NCBI GenBank assembly: GCA_965248755.1
Contig: OZ252149.1
Span: 3,168,001-3,232,000, forward strand
From: Candidatus Latescibacterota bacterium
GTDB lineage: Bacteria; Latescibacterota; CBDEFO01
Direction of reading: 5' to 3'
DNA length: 64,000 nucleotides
The notes below the pieces were generated by a model, which saw only the letters and a program-made list of their open reading frames with translations, was not told the DNA's origin and did no database searches. Of this stretch, positions 10,086 through 20,254 are shown piece by piece (position 1 is the stretch's first letter; every line of letters starts with the position of its first letter). Position numbers and translations under genes: made by a program.

Positions 10086-11297
10086 TCAATCACCATCTAA
10101 ATCCGCACCGAACGCTGATGCGGGATCACTTCCAACATCATAGTCCACCTTAGGTGCAAATGTCGCATCTCCATTATTCAACAGTACTGACACATTATTG
10201 CTGTTCCAATTAGCCACAGCCAAGTCATTATCTCTATCACCATCTAAATCCACACTGAAGACTGAATAGGCGCCATCACCAGCGTCATAGTCCACCTTAG
10301 GTGCAAATGTCCCATCTCCATAATTCAACAGCACTGACACAGTATTGCTGTTATAATTAGCAACAGCAAGGTCATTAACTCCATCCCCATCTAAATCCAC
10401 ACTGAAGACTGAAATGGGATTAACCTCAACGCTATAGTCCACCTTGGTTGCAAATGTCGCATCTCCATTATTCAACAGCACTGAGACATTATTGCTGTTC
10501 CAATTAGCCACAGACAAGTCATTATCTCTATCACCATCTAAATCCACACTGAAGACTGAATAGGGATTAACCTCAACGCAATAGTCTACCTTAGGTCCCA
10601 AAGTCCCATCTCCATTATTCAATAACACTGATACATTATCGCTACCAAAATTAGCCACAGCCAAGTCATTATCTCCATCACCATCTAAATCTGCAATGCA
10701 TACTGACCAGGGCGTATTCCCCGTGTCATAGTCCCCCTTAGCGACAAATGTCCCATTTCCATTATTCAACAACACTGACACAGTACTACTGGTCTGATTA
10801 GCCACAGCTAAGTCATTATCTCCATCACCATCTAAATCAGCACTGAAAACTGACTGGGGAGCATCTCCAACAGTATAGTCCACCTTAGGTGTGAATGTCC
10901 CATCTCCATTATTTAACAATACTGATACAGTAGTGCCTGTGCCAGTACCCCAATTATCCACAGCCAGGTCATTATCTGCATCTCCATCTAAATCTGCACT
11001 GAAAACTGAGAGGGGACCATCTCCAGTGACATAGTCCACCTTAGGTGTGAATGTCCCATCTCCATTATTCAACAACACTGATACAGTATTGCTGCCCGCA
11101 TTAGCCACGGCCAAGTCATTATCTCCATCTCCATCTAAATCTGCACTGAAGACTGAACTGGGCTTAGGCCCAGTGATAACGTCCACAAAAAAAAGGGTAA
11201 TACTTGAAATACCAACAAAACCGATCGAAACGATATAAACCAGAATGAAGAGAAACGTTTTGAAAGCAGCGGGGGAATTGAATAAATTCTCTCCCAT
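10086..11297 (-). CDS. FG-GAP/VCBS repeat region (7 full ~50-aa repeats plus a partial 8th) preceded by a TM helix; probably the frameshifted C-terminus of the upstream M50 protease
   Basis: Repeated (S/I)xDLDGDxDNDLAVAN...VSVLLNNGDGTFxPKVDY. Confidence 0.8.
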   Translation of the reverse strand: MGENLFNSPAAFKTFLFILVYIVSIGFVGISSITLFFVDVITGPKPSSVFSADLDGDGDNDLAVANAGSNTVSVLLNNGDGTFTPKVDYVTGDGPLSVFSADLDGDADNDLAVDNWGTGTGTTVSVLLNNGDGTFTPKVDYTVGDAPQSVFSADLDGDGDNDLAVANQTSSTVSVLLNNGNGTFVAKGDYDTGNTPWSVCIADLDGDGDNDLAVANFGSDNVSVLLNNGDGTLGPKVDYCVEVNPYSVFSVDLDGDRDNDLSVANWNSNNVSVLLNNGDATFATKVDYSVEVNPISVFSVDLDGDGVNDLAVANYNSNTVSVLLNYGDGTFAPKVDYDAGDGAYSVFSVDLDGDRDNDLAVANWNSNNVSVLLNNGDATFAPKVDYDVGSDPASAFGADLDGD

Positions 11298-12094
11298 GTC
11301 TGTTCAACAAGCAATGACAAATCCTTTAAAGTTTTTCGCCCTACCGATGTATTATAGTTTAAGCTTTGTCTGATCTGTCTTATGATTTCAGTGTTGAGAG
11401 TCAAAGAGGCAATATCGTCTTTTGATAAATCTTTTCTAATATCTCTTGCTGCTTTTGAGGTGAAGTATGAGTTTCGCAAAGACAATAGGACTACAACGGG
11501 CATGACGAGAAGAATCCAAGCTTCCAAGGATACTGCAATTCCTATAAGCAGCAGGGATGTAACAACTTTAAAAATCACATCTATTACGTAATTTCTTGAA
11601 AATATAATTGAATCAAAGTATCTACCACCATCCAGGGGGTATATTGGCAATAAATTGAAACCATTTATCCAGATGAACATCCAAGAGGCATCCAAGTAGA
11701 GTTTGTCCTTCGTTATGGCATATGCAATCACTAAAATAAGCCCAATAATAAGGCCAGGCAACGGGCCCGCAATTGAAACTAATGCCTTTTTTGAAGAATT
11801 TGGAGTTTGTTCTTTTCCAGAAACAGCTGCACCTATGAAGGGCAAGAAAAACATCTTTACATCAGAATATTTGAATAGTTTCATAGCCAAAAAATGACCA
11901 GCTTCATGAACAAACAGAACAACAATAAGAATTGCTAGTTCTTTAGGTGAGAATTTGATTAGGCCAGCACCTGCAAATGCAATAAGAGATATGACAAGGA
12001 TAAAGAGATTATTCAGGGTCCCTGAATTTTTTCCTGAAGGATTGTTTATTTCGTTTAGAACATCTTCATCAGGAATCTGTGTCAATTGTGGCAT
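11135..12094 (-). CDS. Site-2 protease (peptidase M50), probably frameshifted near 11275
   Basis: HEAGH, IAGP and NLLPIYPLDGG motifs; low GC; AGGAG RBS. Confidence 0.85.
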   Translation of the reverse strand: MPQLTQIPDEDVLNEINNPSGKNSGTLNNLFILVISLIAFAGAGLIKFSPKELAILIVVLFVHEAGHFLAMKLFKYSDVKMFFLPFIGAAVSGKEQTPNSSKKALVSIAGPLPGLIIGLILVIAYAITKDKLYLDASWMFIWINGFNLLPIYPLDGGRYFDSIIFSRNYVIDVIFKVVTSLLLIGIAVSLEAWILLVMPVVVLLSLRNSYFTSKAARDIRKDLSKDDIASLTLNTEIIRQIRQSLNYNTSVGRKTLKDLSLLVEQTWERIYSIPPLLSKRFSSFWFISFRSVLLVFQVLPFFLWTLSLGLSPVQSSVQI

Positions 12095-12211
12095 TGTAGC
12101 TCCTCACCTGTATCTTGAACAGTTGGTTCTTGAGTAGATGGCTGATTTTCCACAAGCATTACAGAACTTTGCTCTATCAACCCAGCCCTCACAGCAAACA
12201 CGTTCGTTCCT

Positions 12212-15200
12212 CTATCTTGCCTCCCTTTCAAGGATGGAGTAGACCGTAGGGATCAGGATTAAAGTCAATAGTGTAGAAGTTATCAGACCACCTATGACAG
12301 TTATCGCCATGGGTGCTCTGATTTCTGCCCCCTCTCCGAATCCGAGCGCCATCGGCAGCAGTGCCAGCACAGTTGTGGATGTCGTCATCAGGATCGGTCT
12401 CAGCCGCACCTTTGCCGCCTCTATGATGGCCTCCATCTTGGACATTCCCTCGTCTCTGTAGAGATGGTTAGTATAATCTACCAGAACGATGGCGTTGTTT
12501 ACGACGATGCCCGCAAGCATAATGACGCCTATGAGCACGACTACGCTTACGGTCCCACCTGTGATGTAGAGCGCGGCCACAACGCCGATTATGGCAAAGG
12601 GGATCGAAAACATAATCACGAGTGGATGCAATAGCGACTCAAACTGTGACGCCATAATCAAATAGACCAAAAATACCGCAAGTAAGATGGCAAACTGCAT
12701 GCTTTCGAAGGACTCCGACATCTCTTTGTTCTGTCCCCCCACAAATATGGAGAAATCTCCGGGGACTATACCTTTTCTATACAGCCGGTCAATCTCTTCT
12801 TCTATCTCCTCCACTACACTCCCCAAATCTCTCCCTGATAGATTAGCCGACACGAGGGATGTCCGCTCCTGATTTACTCTCCTAATCTCGGCAGGGCCCC
12901 TTTCCAATTTCACATCAGCCACAGCGTAAAGAGGGATAGGCACAACCTTTTCCTCGAAAGATCCTGCGTCAGACGGGGTGGACTGACCCACCGATACACC
13001 CGTTGTGCTATTATTTACCGTAAGTCTCTTTATATCGTCTATGTTCCTTCTGTACTCCTCCTTCGCCCGTACTCTTATATCTATCTTCCTGTCCTTCATT
13101 GAAAGCTCTGTTGGGACTTCTCCCTGAATCTTATTCCTTATGATATGTGATACAGTGCTTATATCGAGCCCTAAAGACGCCAATTTTCGCCTGTTAAATG
13201 TGATCTGGATTTCGGGATTTCCACTCTCGGCGCTCGATTTTATGTCCGTCAGCCCCGAAATGTTGGACATTCTGAAAGACAGCTCCTTTGAAAGTTCCTG
13301 TAAGGTCTTTAGATTGTAGCCTGAGATCTCCACTTCAACGGGCGTCTTGAAGCTGAAGTACGCAGGTCTTGAGAACTTGTGCTCCAGGGCCGGGATCTGG
13401 TTGAATCTGTGCCTTAATCTATTCATAATTGCCTCTTCACCTTCTCTATCTATTTCCCTGGATAGTCTTACGTTGATCTGAGCGATATTTTCCCTCTCCT
13501 CCGACCCCCCTGACTCGCCGACAGAGCCGACTGTCGTATAGATAGTCTCGATCTGGCCGTCTAACTCCTTTATCATCTTCTCCATGCCTTCTGTGCGCTC
13601 ATTTGTGGCGTTCAACGGCGTCCCGACGGGCAACTTCACGTTTACAAAAAGTTCCCCCTGACTCATCTCGGGAATAAGCTCTGTCCCTAAAAGCTGAATA
13701 GAATAGACGGACAGGGCAAGTAGACAAGCCGAACAGATTATCACCACCGTCCTGTTATATAGTGCCCATCTTAAGAGACCGGGATACTGGTCTCTTGCGT
13801 AGCCAAAGGCTCTATCAAAGATGAGATGTAAGGGATATAGTACCGCATTGATCCCTCGTCCCAGGATGAGGAATAGGCCCTGTATGGATCGTAAGAACGC
13901 ACCTAACTTCGGAGGAGACTCATTGTCGGGATTCGCCTTTGATCTCAACTGCACGCTGGATAGCATAGGTATCACCGTTAGAGCCACGCCGAGGGAGGCT
14001 AAGAGGGAGAACGTCACGGTGAGCGCCTGATCACGGAATAGCTGTCCTGCTATTCCCTCCACAAACACTATCGGGGCAAAGACGCATATTGTGGTCAGCG
14101 TCGAAGCTGTCACAGCCTTTCCAACTTCGCTTGCTCCTAAATTGGCCGACTCCAGGATGGAATGACCCCTGTCTTTGTATCGCTGGATGCTCTCCAGGAC
14201 CACGATGGAGTTATCTACAAGCATTCCGATGCCTAAAGCCAGTCCTCCCAATGACATTATGTTCAGAGATACGTCGAACAGGTACATCAAGAAGAACGTC
14301 GTTACCACTGAAATTGGGATGGCCAGACTTATGATGCCAGTGCTCCTGGAATTCTTGAGGAAAAGATAGAGCACAAAGATAGCCAATATCCCTCCATATA
14401 TCGCCGTGTTCAGAACCTCTGAGATCGACTGCTCGATGAATCTGGACTGATCGAAGATGACCTCCATATTCACAGACGGAAAGAGCTCTTTCGATTTGAG
14501 CTTCAGGTCCTCCAACTTGTCCCGAACTTGCTTTGCCACGGTGGCAGTATTGGCATCCGCCTCTTTATAGACTGCGACCTCCACGCTCTCCTGTCCGTTT
14601 ATCTTTGTAATTATGTTCCTCTCCTTGTGCCCCCTTTTGACCAGAGCTACGTCTTTAAGTGTTATGACAGCTCCGTTTTTCCATCCTATTACAATATCCT
14701 GGATCTCATCTACCGATCTGAACTGATTCAGAGTCCTGACGATATACTCTGCTTCGCCGTCTTTTAGGAGTCCTCCCGCCAAGTTGACATTCTCCTGGGA
14801 TAGCCTGTCTGCAACCTGTGTGATCGGAATCTGTAAGCTTGCAAGCTTTCCCGTGTTTACTTCGACATTTATCTCCTCTTCCAATCCGCCGTTTACTTTT
14901 ATGGCGGCCACACCTTCCAATCCCTCAAGTTCCTGTTTTATATCGTCTTCGGCAAAGAGGCGCAGGGCAACAAGACTTTCGTTTCCGTAGATTCCGATCC
15001 TCATAATCGGGTCCAGAGACGGATCGAACCTTAAGAGAAGCGGCTTCTCGGCATCTCTGGGAAGGTTTACTAAATCCAGCTTCTCCCTTATATCCAGAGA
15101 CGCAAAGTCCATATTCGTTCCCCAGTCGAATTCAACCATAACGTCCGAATTTCCGGGTCTTGAGGCGGAGCTGACTCTCACCACGCCATTTACGACTCCG

Positions 15201-15412
15201 ACAGCTTCCTCTATGGGTTTGGAGATCAAGTTTTCCACCTCGCCCGGAGCCGTGCCTGGATATTCGGTTCTTACGGTCAGGGTCGGATACGTTATATCGG
15301 GCAGAAGGTTTACGGCTAATCTGTCGAACGACACCCATCCGAACAGCACTGCCGCCGCCACGAACATCGTCACAGTGACCCTTCGCCTTGTGGAAAACTG
15401 GACTATCTTCAT
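12212..15412 (-). CDS. RND (AcrB/AcrD/AcrF family) efflux permease
   Basis: LGIGMLVDNSIVVLESI, GIVVNNAIVLVD, RLRPILMTTSTT. Confidence 0.95.
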   Translation of the reverse strand: MKIVQFSTRRRVTVTMFVAAAVLFGWVSFDRLAVNLLPDITYPTLTVRTEYPGTAPGEVENLISKPIEEAVGVVNGVVRVSSASRPGNSDVMVEFDWGTNMDFASLDIREKLDLVNLPRDAEKPLLLRFDPSLDPIMRIGIYGNESLVALRLFAEDDIKQELEGLEGVAAIKVNGGLEEEINVEVNTGKLASLQIPITQVADRLSQENVNLAGGLLKDGEAEYIVRTLNQFRSVDEIQDIVIGWKNGAVITLKDVALVKRGHKERNIITKINGQESVEVAVYKEADANTATVAKQVRDKLEDLKLKSKELFPSVNMEVIFDQSRFIEQSISEVLNTAIYGGILAIFVLYLFLKNSRSTGIISLAIPISVVTTFFLMYLFDVSLNIMSLGGLALGIGMLVDNSIVVLESIQRYKDRGHSILESANLGASEVGKAVTASTLTTICVFAPIVFVEGIAGQLFRDQALTVTFSLLASLGVALTVIPMLSSVQLRSKANPDNESPPKLGAFLRSIQGLFLILGRGINAVLYPLHLIFDRAFGYARDQYPGLLRWALYNRTVVIICSACLLALSVYSIQLLGTELIPEMSQGELFVNVKLPVGTPLNATNERTEGMEKMIKELDGQIETIYTTVGSVGESGGSEERENIAQINVRLSREIDREGEEAIMNRLRHRFNQIPALEHKFSRPAYFSFKTPVEVEISGYNLKTLQELSKELSFRMSNISGLTDIKSSAESGNPEIQITFNRRKLASLGLDISTVSHIIRNKIQGEVPTELSMKDRKIDIRVRAKEEYRRNIDDIKRLTVNNSTTGVSVGQSTPSDAGSFEEKVVPIPLYAVADVKLERGPAEIRRVNQERTSLVSANLSGRDLGSVVEEIEEEIDRLYRKGIVPGDFSIFVGGQNKEMSESFESMQFAILLAVFLVYLIMASQFESLLHPLVIMFSIPFAIIGVVAALYITGGTVSVVVLIGVIMLAGIVVNNAIVLVDYTNHLYRDEGMSKMEAIIEAAKVRLRPILMTTSTTVLALLPMALGFGEGAEIRAPMAITVIGGLITSTLLTLILIPTVYSILEREAR

Positions 15413-15473
15413 CTACAAGTACCCTGTCCCTGTCTACTGTTTTCCATGTGATAGGCGAGATCTCCTCACCTAT

Positions 15474-15498
15474 GTCAGACAAGAATGTCTGACCCACC
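15474..15498. repeat. REP-like palindrome GTCAGACAAGAATGTCTGACCCACC
   Basis: Second copy at 34483-34506; degenerate copy inside the RND gene at 12968-12992. Confidence 0.75.
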
Positions 15499-15573
15499 AC
15501 AAGGAGCACAGAGAGATTTTGCTTTTTCGCCTTTTCCCTGTCTACTGTTTGCTGTCTACTGCCTTTATGCTGT

Positions 15574-16347
15574 CTACCTGTCTTCCGCTTCTCCGGTCAT
15601 AGGGACAAACCTGACGGGAATTATGTTCTTTCTGGTGATGCCCTTTTGGTCTTTGGTCATGAGCACGAGTTCTTGATGCTCCTCGCCCACAGGTATGACC
15701 ATCCTCCCGCCGACCTTAAGTTGATCAATGAGAGGCTGAGGGATGTGGTCTGGCGCCGCTGTGACGATTATGCCGTCAAAGGGGGCATGCTCTTTCCAGC
15801 CCTGATAGCCGTCTCCCCATTTGACGGTTATATTCTTATACCCCATCTTCTCCAGGCGTTCCTGTGCGCTTTCGGCGAGTTCCTTGACTATCTCTATGGT
15901 ATAGACGTCTCCTGCTACCTTGCTTAAGACCGCGGCCTGATAGCCGAGCCCTGTGCCGACCTCCAGGACCTTTGCGCCGTCGGCAGCGGTCGCACCGCTC
16001 TGCAGCTCCAAAAGTTCCGTCATGAAGGCCACTATGTAAGGCTGCGAAATTGTCTGTTCGTGGCCGATAGGTAGGGGAGTATCCTGATAGGCCCTGTCCC
16101 AGTGGGTCTTGGGCACAAATTTATGCCTTGGCACCTTCCTCATCGCATTTAAGACTATCTCGTCCTTCACCCCTCTTGCTATTATCTGATCCTCCACCAT
16201 CTTTGCTCTTTCCTGCGCAAAGTACTTCTCGTCCATCGCGCTCTTCTCCTTGCCATTTCCCGAATTGTAGCATGATTGCAAAGATATAAATGTAAGCATA
16301 ATTAAGATCACAACCTTAGGTTGAATTCCCTTTAATGGGACGCTCAT
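15574..16347 (-). CDS. pcm: Protein-L-isoaspartate O-methyltransferase
   Basis: VPRHKFVP, PIGHEQTISQPYIVA, VLEVGTGLGYQAAVL, APFDGIIVTAA, VRFVPM. Confidence 0.95.
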   Translation of the reverse strand: MSVPLKGIQPKVVILIMLTFISLQSCYNSGNGKEKSAMDEKYFAQERAKMVEDQIIARGVKDEIVLNAMRKVPRHKFVPKTHWDRAYQDTPLPIGHEQTISQPYIVAFMTELLELQSGATAADGAKVLEVGTGLGYQAAVLSKVAGDVYTIEIVKELAESAQERLEKMGYKNITVKWGDGYQGWKEHAPFDGIIVTAAPDHIPQPLIDQLKVGGRMVIPVGEEHQELVLMTKDQKGITRKNIIPVRFVPMTGEAEDR

Positions 16348-17717
16348 CGCTCACCACCGCCCCATCTTTCCCTCATCTGTCGGAAGAACTCCTTCTGCTT
16401 TTCTGCGTTACTTTCAAAGTCGGGATCTTTCTTTGCCATCTTATCGTACTCCTTTTTAATCTCAGGGTTTTGAAGCATCCGCTCCTTGATCCTCTTAAAG
16501 ATCTCAGGTGACATCTCTCTGCCTTCTAACTTTCCTTTTTCCCCTTTTGCAGTGAACGTTCCACCTGAGGTGGCCACTTTCATAGTATCTACCTGCAGTG
16601 GATACTCGGCACTCTCCACTACCCGCACGTTCGTCCCGGTTTTGAGCCCCTCATGTCCCGCCGTAATCACCAAGTCTCCCTCACTTAAACCGTTCAGTAT
16701 CTCTATTCTCTGGCCGTCTGCAAAGCCAGGGCTTATTCTCACCTGACGAGCTATACCATGTGCAGTGGTGGTATCGCTCTCGAATACGAAAACGTTGTCC
16801 TCATCCGTCTCAAGGTTTAAGGCTCTCTTGGGGATCACAAGGGCATCGCGGTGGGTCTCTGTGATAATGTTAATTGACGTGAACATCCCTGGCTTCAAAG
16901 GATTCTCCGTGCCGTGCAATCGCTGCGAGTTAGGGATCTCGACGGTTATCTTAACTGTCCCGCTGTGAGCGTCCACCACAGGGCTGACCATCGTTACCTT
17001 GCCGATAAACTCCAGTTCCGGGAGTGCCTCCACGTCTATTTTGGCCTTTTGACCTGGCCTTACCTTTCCTATATCCCTTTCCGGGATATGAATCTTTGCC
17101 AGCAAGGTATCAAAATCGGCGACAGAGAAAAGGTGCTGATTTGTATTCACATTTGCCCCGACGTCCACATTTCTCATTGTTATGATCCCGGATATAGGAG
17201 ATGCAATATCGGTGTACTCCAACTTAAGCTTTGCGACTTCTAACTGCGCGTAAGCCCTGTCCACACTGTACTTATCGCTTTCGTACTGTTGATCGCTTAT
17301 CAGTTTCTTCCTGTACATCTCCTCTGATCTTTTGAAGTTCTTCTGTGCGTCCAGCAGTATCATCTGTGCCTGTATCATGCCCAACTCTATTTCCCTTTTG
17401 TCTAACTGCGATAACAACTGCCCTTCAGCAATCTTGTCGCCCTCCTCAACCAGGAGACGAGTTACCAGCCCTGAGGCCTTTGAGATCACCTGAACGTCCC
17501 TTTGAGCCTCCAGCGTCGTAGTCGTCAGTATGAAGCTATCTATGGCCTCTCTTTTGACCTTCTCGACTTTCACGGGCACAGCGGCCGCAGCGCCTCTCTC
17601 CGGAAAGTTGCCCCTGCTCCAAAAGTTTCTCCCTCCTTTCGAATTTTCGTCCTTCTCACAGCTTAATGACGTGATCAGAAAAATGAGCAACATTGACGTC
17701 CATAAAGAACGGCTCAC
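16344..17717 (-). CDS. RND periplasmic adaptor (membrane fusion protein), lipoprotein
   Basis: Lipobox LSC, V.EGD.I..GQLL, I.SPISG.I, GL.EGD.VI..G. Confidence 0.92.
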   Translation of the reverse strand: MSRSLWTSMLLIFLITSLSCEKDENSKGGRNFWSRGNFPERGAAAAVPVKVEKVKREAIDSFILTTTTLEAQRDVQVISKASGLVTRLLVEEGDKIAEGQLLSQLDKREIELGMIQAQMILLDAQKNFKRSEEMYRKKLISDQQYESDKYSVDRAYAQLEVAKLKLEYTDIASPISGIITMRNVDVGANVNTNQHLFSVADFDTLLAKIHIPERDIGKVRPGQKAKIDVEALPELEFIGKVTMVSPVVDAHSGTVKITVEIPNSQRLHGTENPLKPGMFTSINIITETHRDALVIPKRALNLETDEDNVFVFESDTTTAHGIARQVRISPGFADGQRIEILNGLSEGDLVITAGHEGLKTGTNVRVVESAEYPLQVDTMKVATSGGTFTAKGEKGKLEGREMSPEIFKRIKERMLQNPEIKKEYDKMAKKDPDFESNAEKQKEFFRQMRERWGGGER

Positions 17718-17751
17718 CTGAATCTCCTTTCTTTCCTCAGATAGTGGATGA

Positions 17752-18930
17752 CTACTCGGAAAGTTCCCGTATTCGATCTTGCCAGCGTCCTATGACCTTC
17801 TTGTGCTGTTCTGCGTCCGTTGGTAGAAGATCAATCGCTTTATTGTACGCCCCAACAGCCTTTTGGATTTCATCTTTTTCCGACAGGCTTTGGGCCTTGA
17901 ACGCCCATTTGCGGGCCTCGATGTATGGGCGGCACTCGGGGCAGACTCCGCTCTCTTTCATAAGGTTGCGATAGGCCCTGGGGTAACTCAAGTTTTCCAT
18001 CCTGGAATCCATAAGACAAGCAGGCGAGTGATCATAGACGTCGGGGATGTAGAAGAGCATGTGGCCGACTTCGTGCGCCACTATGGCAGCGCCAAGGACT
18101 TTGTTTTTCTCACTTTTGGATAGTTCCCCAAGCTCGGAGTCGTAATAAAAAGGGATATGAGTGTCGAACTCAAACGTACTGCTCATCAATGTGAATCCGT
18201 CGAAGGTGGCTCTCTTGGGGCTATCAAAAGATGCCCCGCCCACTTTGGCATGCTTGAAGATGCTGTGCGGATACGGCTCAACTGCGTTGTCCAGAAAGAC
18301 GAACGTATTAGTCAAAACGATGTCGTAATCTTCTTGCTGTTCCATTACATCTACCCAATCTATGTACAATTGATGGCGATTATCAGGGGATAAAAGCGGA
18401 TGACCGTTCTCTTCTATCTTGCTCGTCATCGCTTTGTCTGCCCTATCTATATATACCCCTATCAGAAAGTCAGCAAACTCTTTGTGGTCCTTAAATGGCT
18501 TTTTCGGTCTGAATCCCTGGAGGCTGTCTAATTGCCATCGCTTTAAAAACTCTCCGATCTTATCTTTATGCCTCCAGATGCGCTCAGGCGCCTTCAGTGG
18601 GAACCGTGATCCTCTGTTAAAAGATTTTCGTCTGGGATACCTGTCGAAGAAATCGAGAATGGACTCCTCCTTGTTATCGAAACTAATCTGTAAGAGTCGA
18701 AATCCGAAGCGGTCTTCCATTATGTCCCATGCGAAATCTAAGACTTCTTGTGCATCTTTAGGCGTGATCGGAGGGAATTTCGGATCGTTCAAGATCCCCA
18801 CCTGCACCACGATTGAGATGGAGTCCTCCGAAAGTGCCTCATCGTCTGTTAGATCAGCCCGGACAGACGAGGATAAAGGAGCTATCGCGAGAGCACAAAA
18901 GACGATCAATGTCTTTGAAAAGAGGTACAT
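17752..18930 (-). CDS. Secreted zinc-metalloprotease-like protein with a C-terminal TPR-like helix pair
   Basis: Signal peptide; HEVGH followed by H..ACLM and CPEC, as in archaemetzincin-like zincins. Confidence 0.6.
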   Translation of the reverse strand: MYLFSKTLIVFCALAIAPLSSSVRADLTDDEALSEDSISIVVQVGILNDPKFPPITPKDAQEVLDFAWDIMEDRFGFRLLQISFDNKEESILDFFDRYPRRKSFNRGSRFPLKAPERIWRHKDKIGEFLKRWQLDSLQGFRPKKPFKDHKEFADFLIGVYIDRADKAMTSKIEENGHPLLSPDNRHQLYIDWVDVMEQQEDYDIVLTNTFVFLDNAVEPYPHSIFKHAKVGGASFDSPKRATFDGFTLMSSTFEFDTHIPFYYDSELGELSKSEKNKVLGAAIVAHEVGHMLFYIPDVYDHSPACLMDSRMENLSYPRAYRNLMKESGVCPECRPYIEARKWAFKAQSLSEKDEIQKAVGAYNKAIDLLPTDAEQHKKVIGRWQDRIRELSE

Positions 18931-19628
18931 TATCTATTACTCTCCAGTTCTTTTATCTGTCCCCAGGTAGAGGGAAGTACGACAGTGGGAAGTGTGGTTC
19001 CGTTTATAGTAGCTTCCAAAAGGACGTAGCAACTAAAAGTCCCGTTACTTTTGAAACATCCCGACATGATCATTCCTGTGTTCACGGCGAAACTAATCGA
19101 TGCGTCACAGCTTTCGAACGGATCACCGTATAAGAAGATAAAACCGTCTGGAAACGTGCCAGCAGGAACTTGCATGGGGATCGTCCATGGAATCCTCACG
19201 GTAGAACTCAAAAAATAATCTTGTGATAGTGCTTTGCCCCCAATTGTTGGGGGGAAAGTCTCATATGGTATGCGATAATCGAAGTCTCCATTATCACGAT
19301 TAGGTGGGCTGGCAAAGTCAAATACTAACATCTCCTTACCCTCTATATAGTCGAATCTGTCGTTGTATTCGATGATATTGCCATTTTCATCCTTCCGCAG
19401 CAATTGACCGTTGCTCATGCGAAAATAATTCCTCCCTTCGATTTTCGCTTCCGACAGAACCTCTAAGAGGAACTGTTCTTGTGAAACTACTTCATCGACA
19501 ATTGCACTGGTATACTCATACACCCAACGGTTGCCCACCTGTAGGGGCCAGTAGTCTTTCACAGGCTGTGCCTGAGCTGTTACAGGCAGGAAGCAGAGAG
19601 CAAGAACTAAAAACGCAAGCCTTTTCAT
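18930..19628 (-). CDS. Secreted hypothetical protein with a C-terminal TWGxIK motif
   Basis: MKRLAFLVLAL..AQA signal peptide; YWPLQVGNRWVY; ends PTVVLPSTWGQIKELESNR. Confidence 0.8.
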   Translation of the reverse strand: MKRLAFLVLALCFLPVTAQAQPVKDYWPLQVGNRWVYEYTSAIVDEVVSQEQFLLEVLSEAKIEGRNYFRMSNGQLLRKDENGNIIEYNDRFDYIEGKEMLVFDFASPPNRDNGDFDYRIPYETFPPTIGGKALSQDYFLSSTVRIPWTIPMQVPAGTFPDGFIFLYGDPFESCDASISFAVNTGMIMSGCFKSNGTFSCYVLLEATINGTTLPTVVLPSTWGQIKELESNR

Positions 19629-19747
19629 TATAAGAATGTCTCTCATTGACAAAGTCAAGCAATTTGGTTTCATTATATCCTCTGGCATGTAAAACGCCAG
19701 GATCTTCCTCTGGGTCAGTTCCATCATAGCTGGACGCAGTTTCTAAT

Positions 19748-20254
19748 CTAAACCTCCTCCTCCAAAAGGTCCCTGCTTCTGGGGTCAAGTTTTCTGTAAT
19801 CTGGTATCTGGTATCTATTCCCGTCTATGTCCTTTATAAGTACCCGTCCACGTCCCATCATCCGCGCATCCCGCCTGCTTCTCAATTCAAAGGTTCGATG
19901 ACCCTTATCCGTGTCCACGTCCCACTTCGGCACGCCGAAATCCTCATCTATGTTATTGATCCTGATTATGTCCGGCATAAAGTAGGACTTCTCCAGCTCA
20001 ACTTTGAGTGCCTCTCTGGACTCGCCATCCAACTGGCCGGGATCTTCTATTATCCCTATTTCCTTTTCCTCCTCATCCTTCAACGCTATGAAGTGCATAG
20101 CGGCCGATAATGGAAAAGCCTTCACTGCCTTGACCTTAGAGTATTCCCTCCCATCATCGAAGCTGACTCCCAAATCCTGAAATCCATCCAGGCACAGCTT
20201 TATCTTCCCTGGATCAATCGTTTCCATCTCCTTCTCTATATCCACCCGAGTCAT
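19748..20254 (-). CDS. DUF1854 domain protein
   Basis: AFPLS, EIGII, YFMP.I..I, W.V.TD.G, I.D.DGNRY.IPD...LD.RSR; follows an ABC exporter, as is typical. Confidence 0.85.
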   Translation of the reverse strand: MTRVDIEKEMETIDPGKIKLCLDGFQDLGVSFDDGREYSKVKAVKAFPLSAAMHFIALKDEEEKEIGIIEDPGQLDGESREALKVELEKSYFMPDIIRINNIDEDFGVPKWDVDTDKGHRTFELRSRRDARMMGRGRVLIKDIDGNRYQIPDYRKLDPRSRDLLEEEV

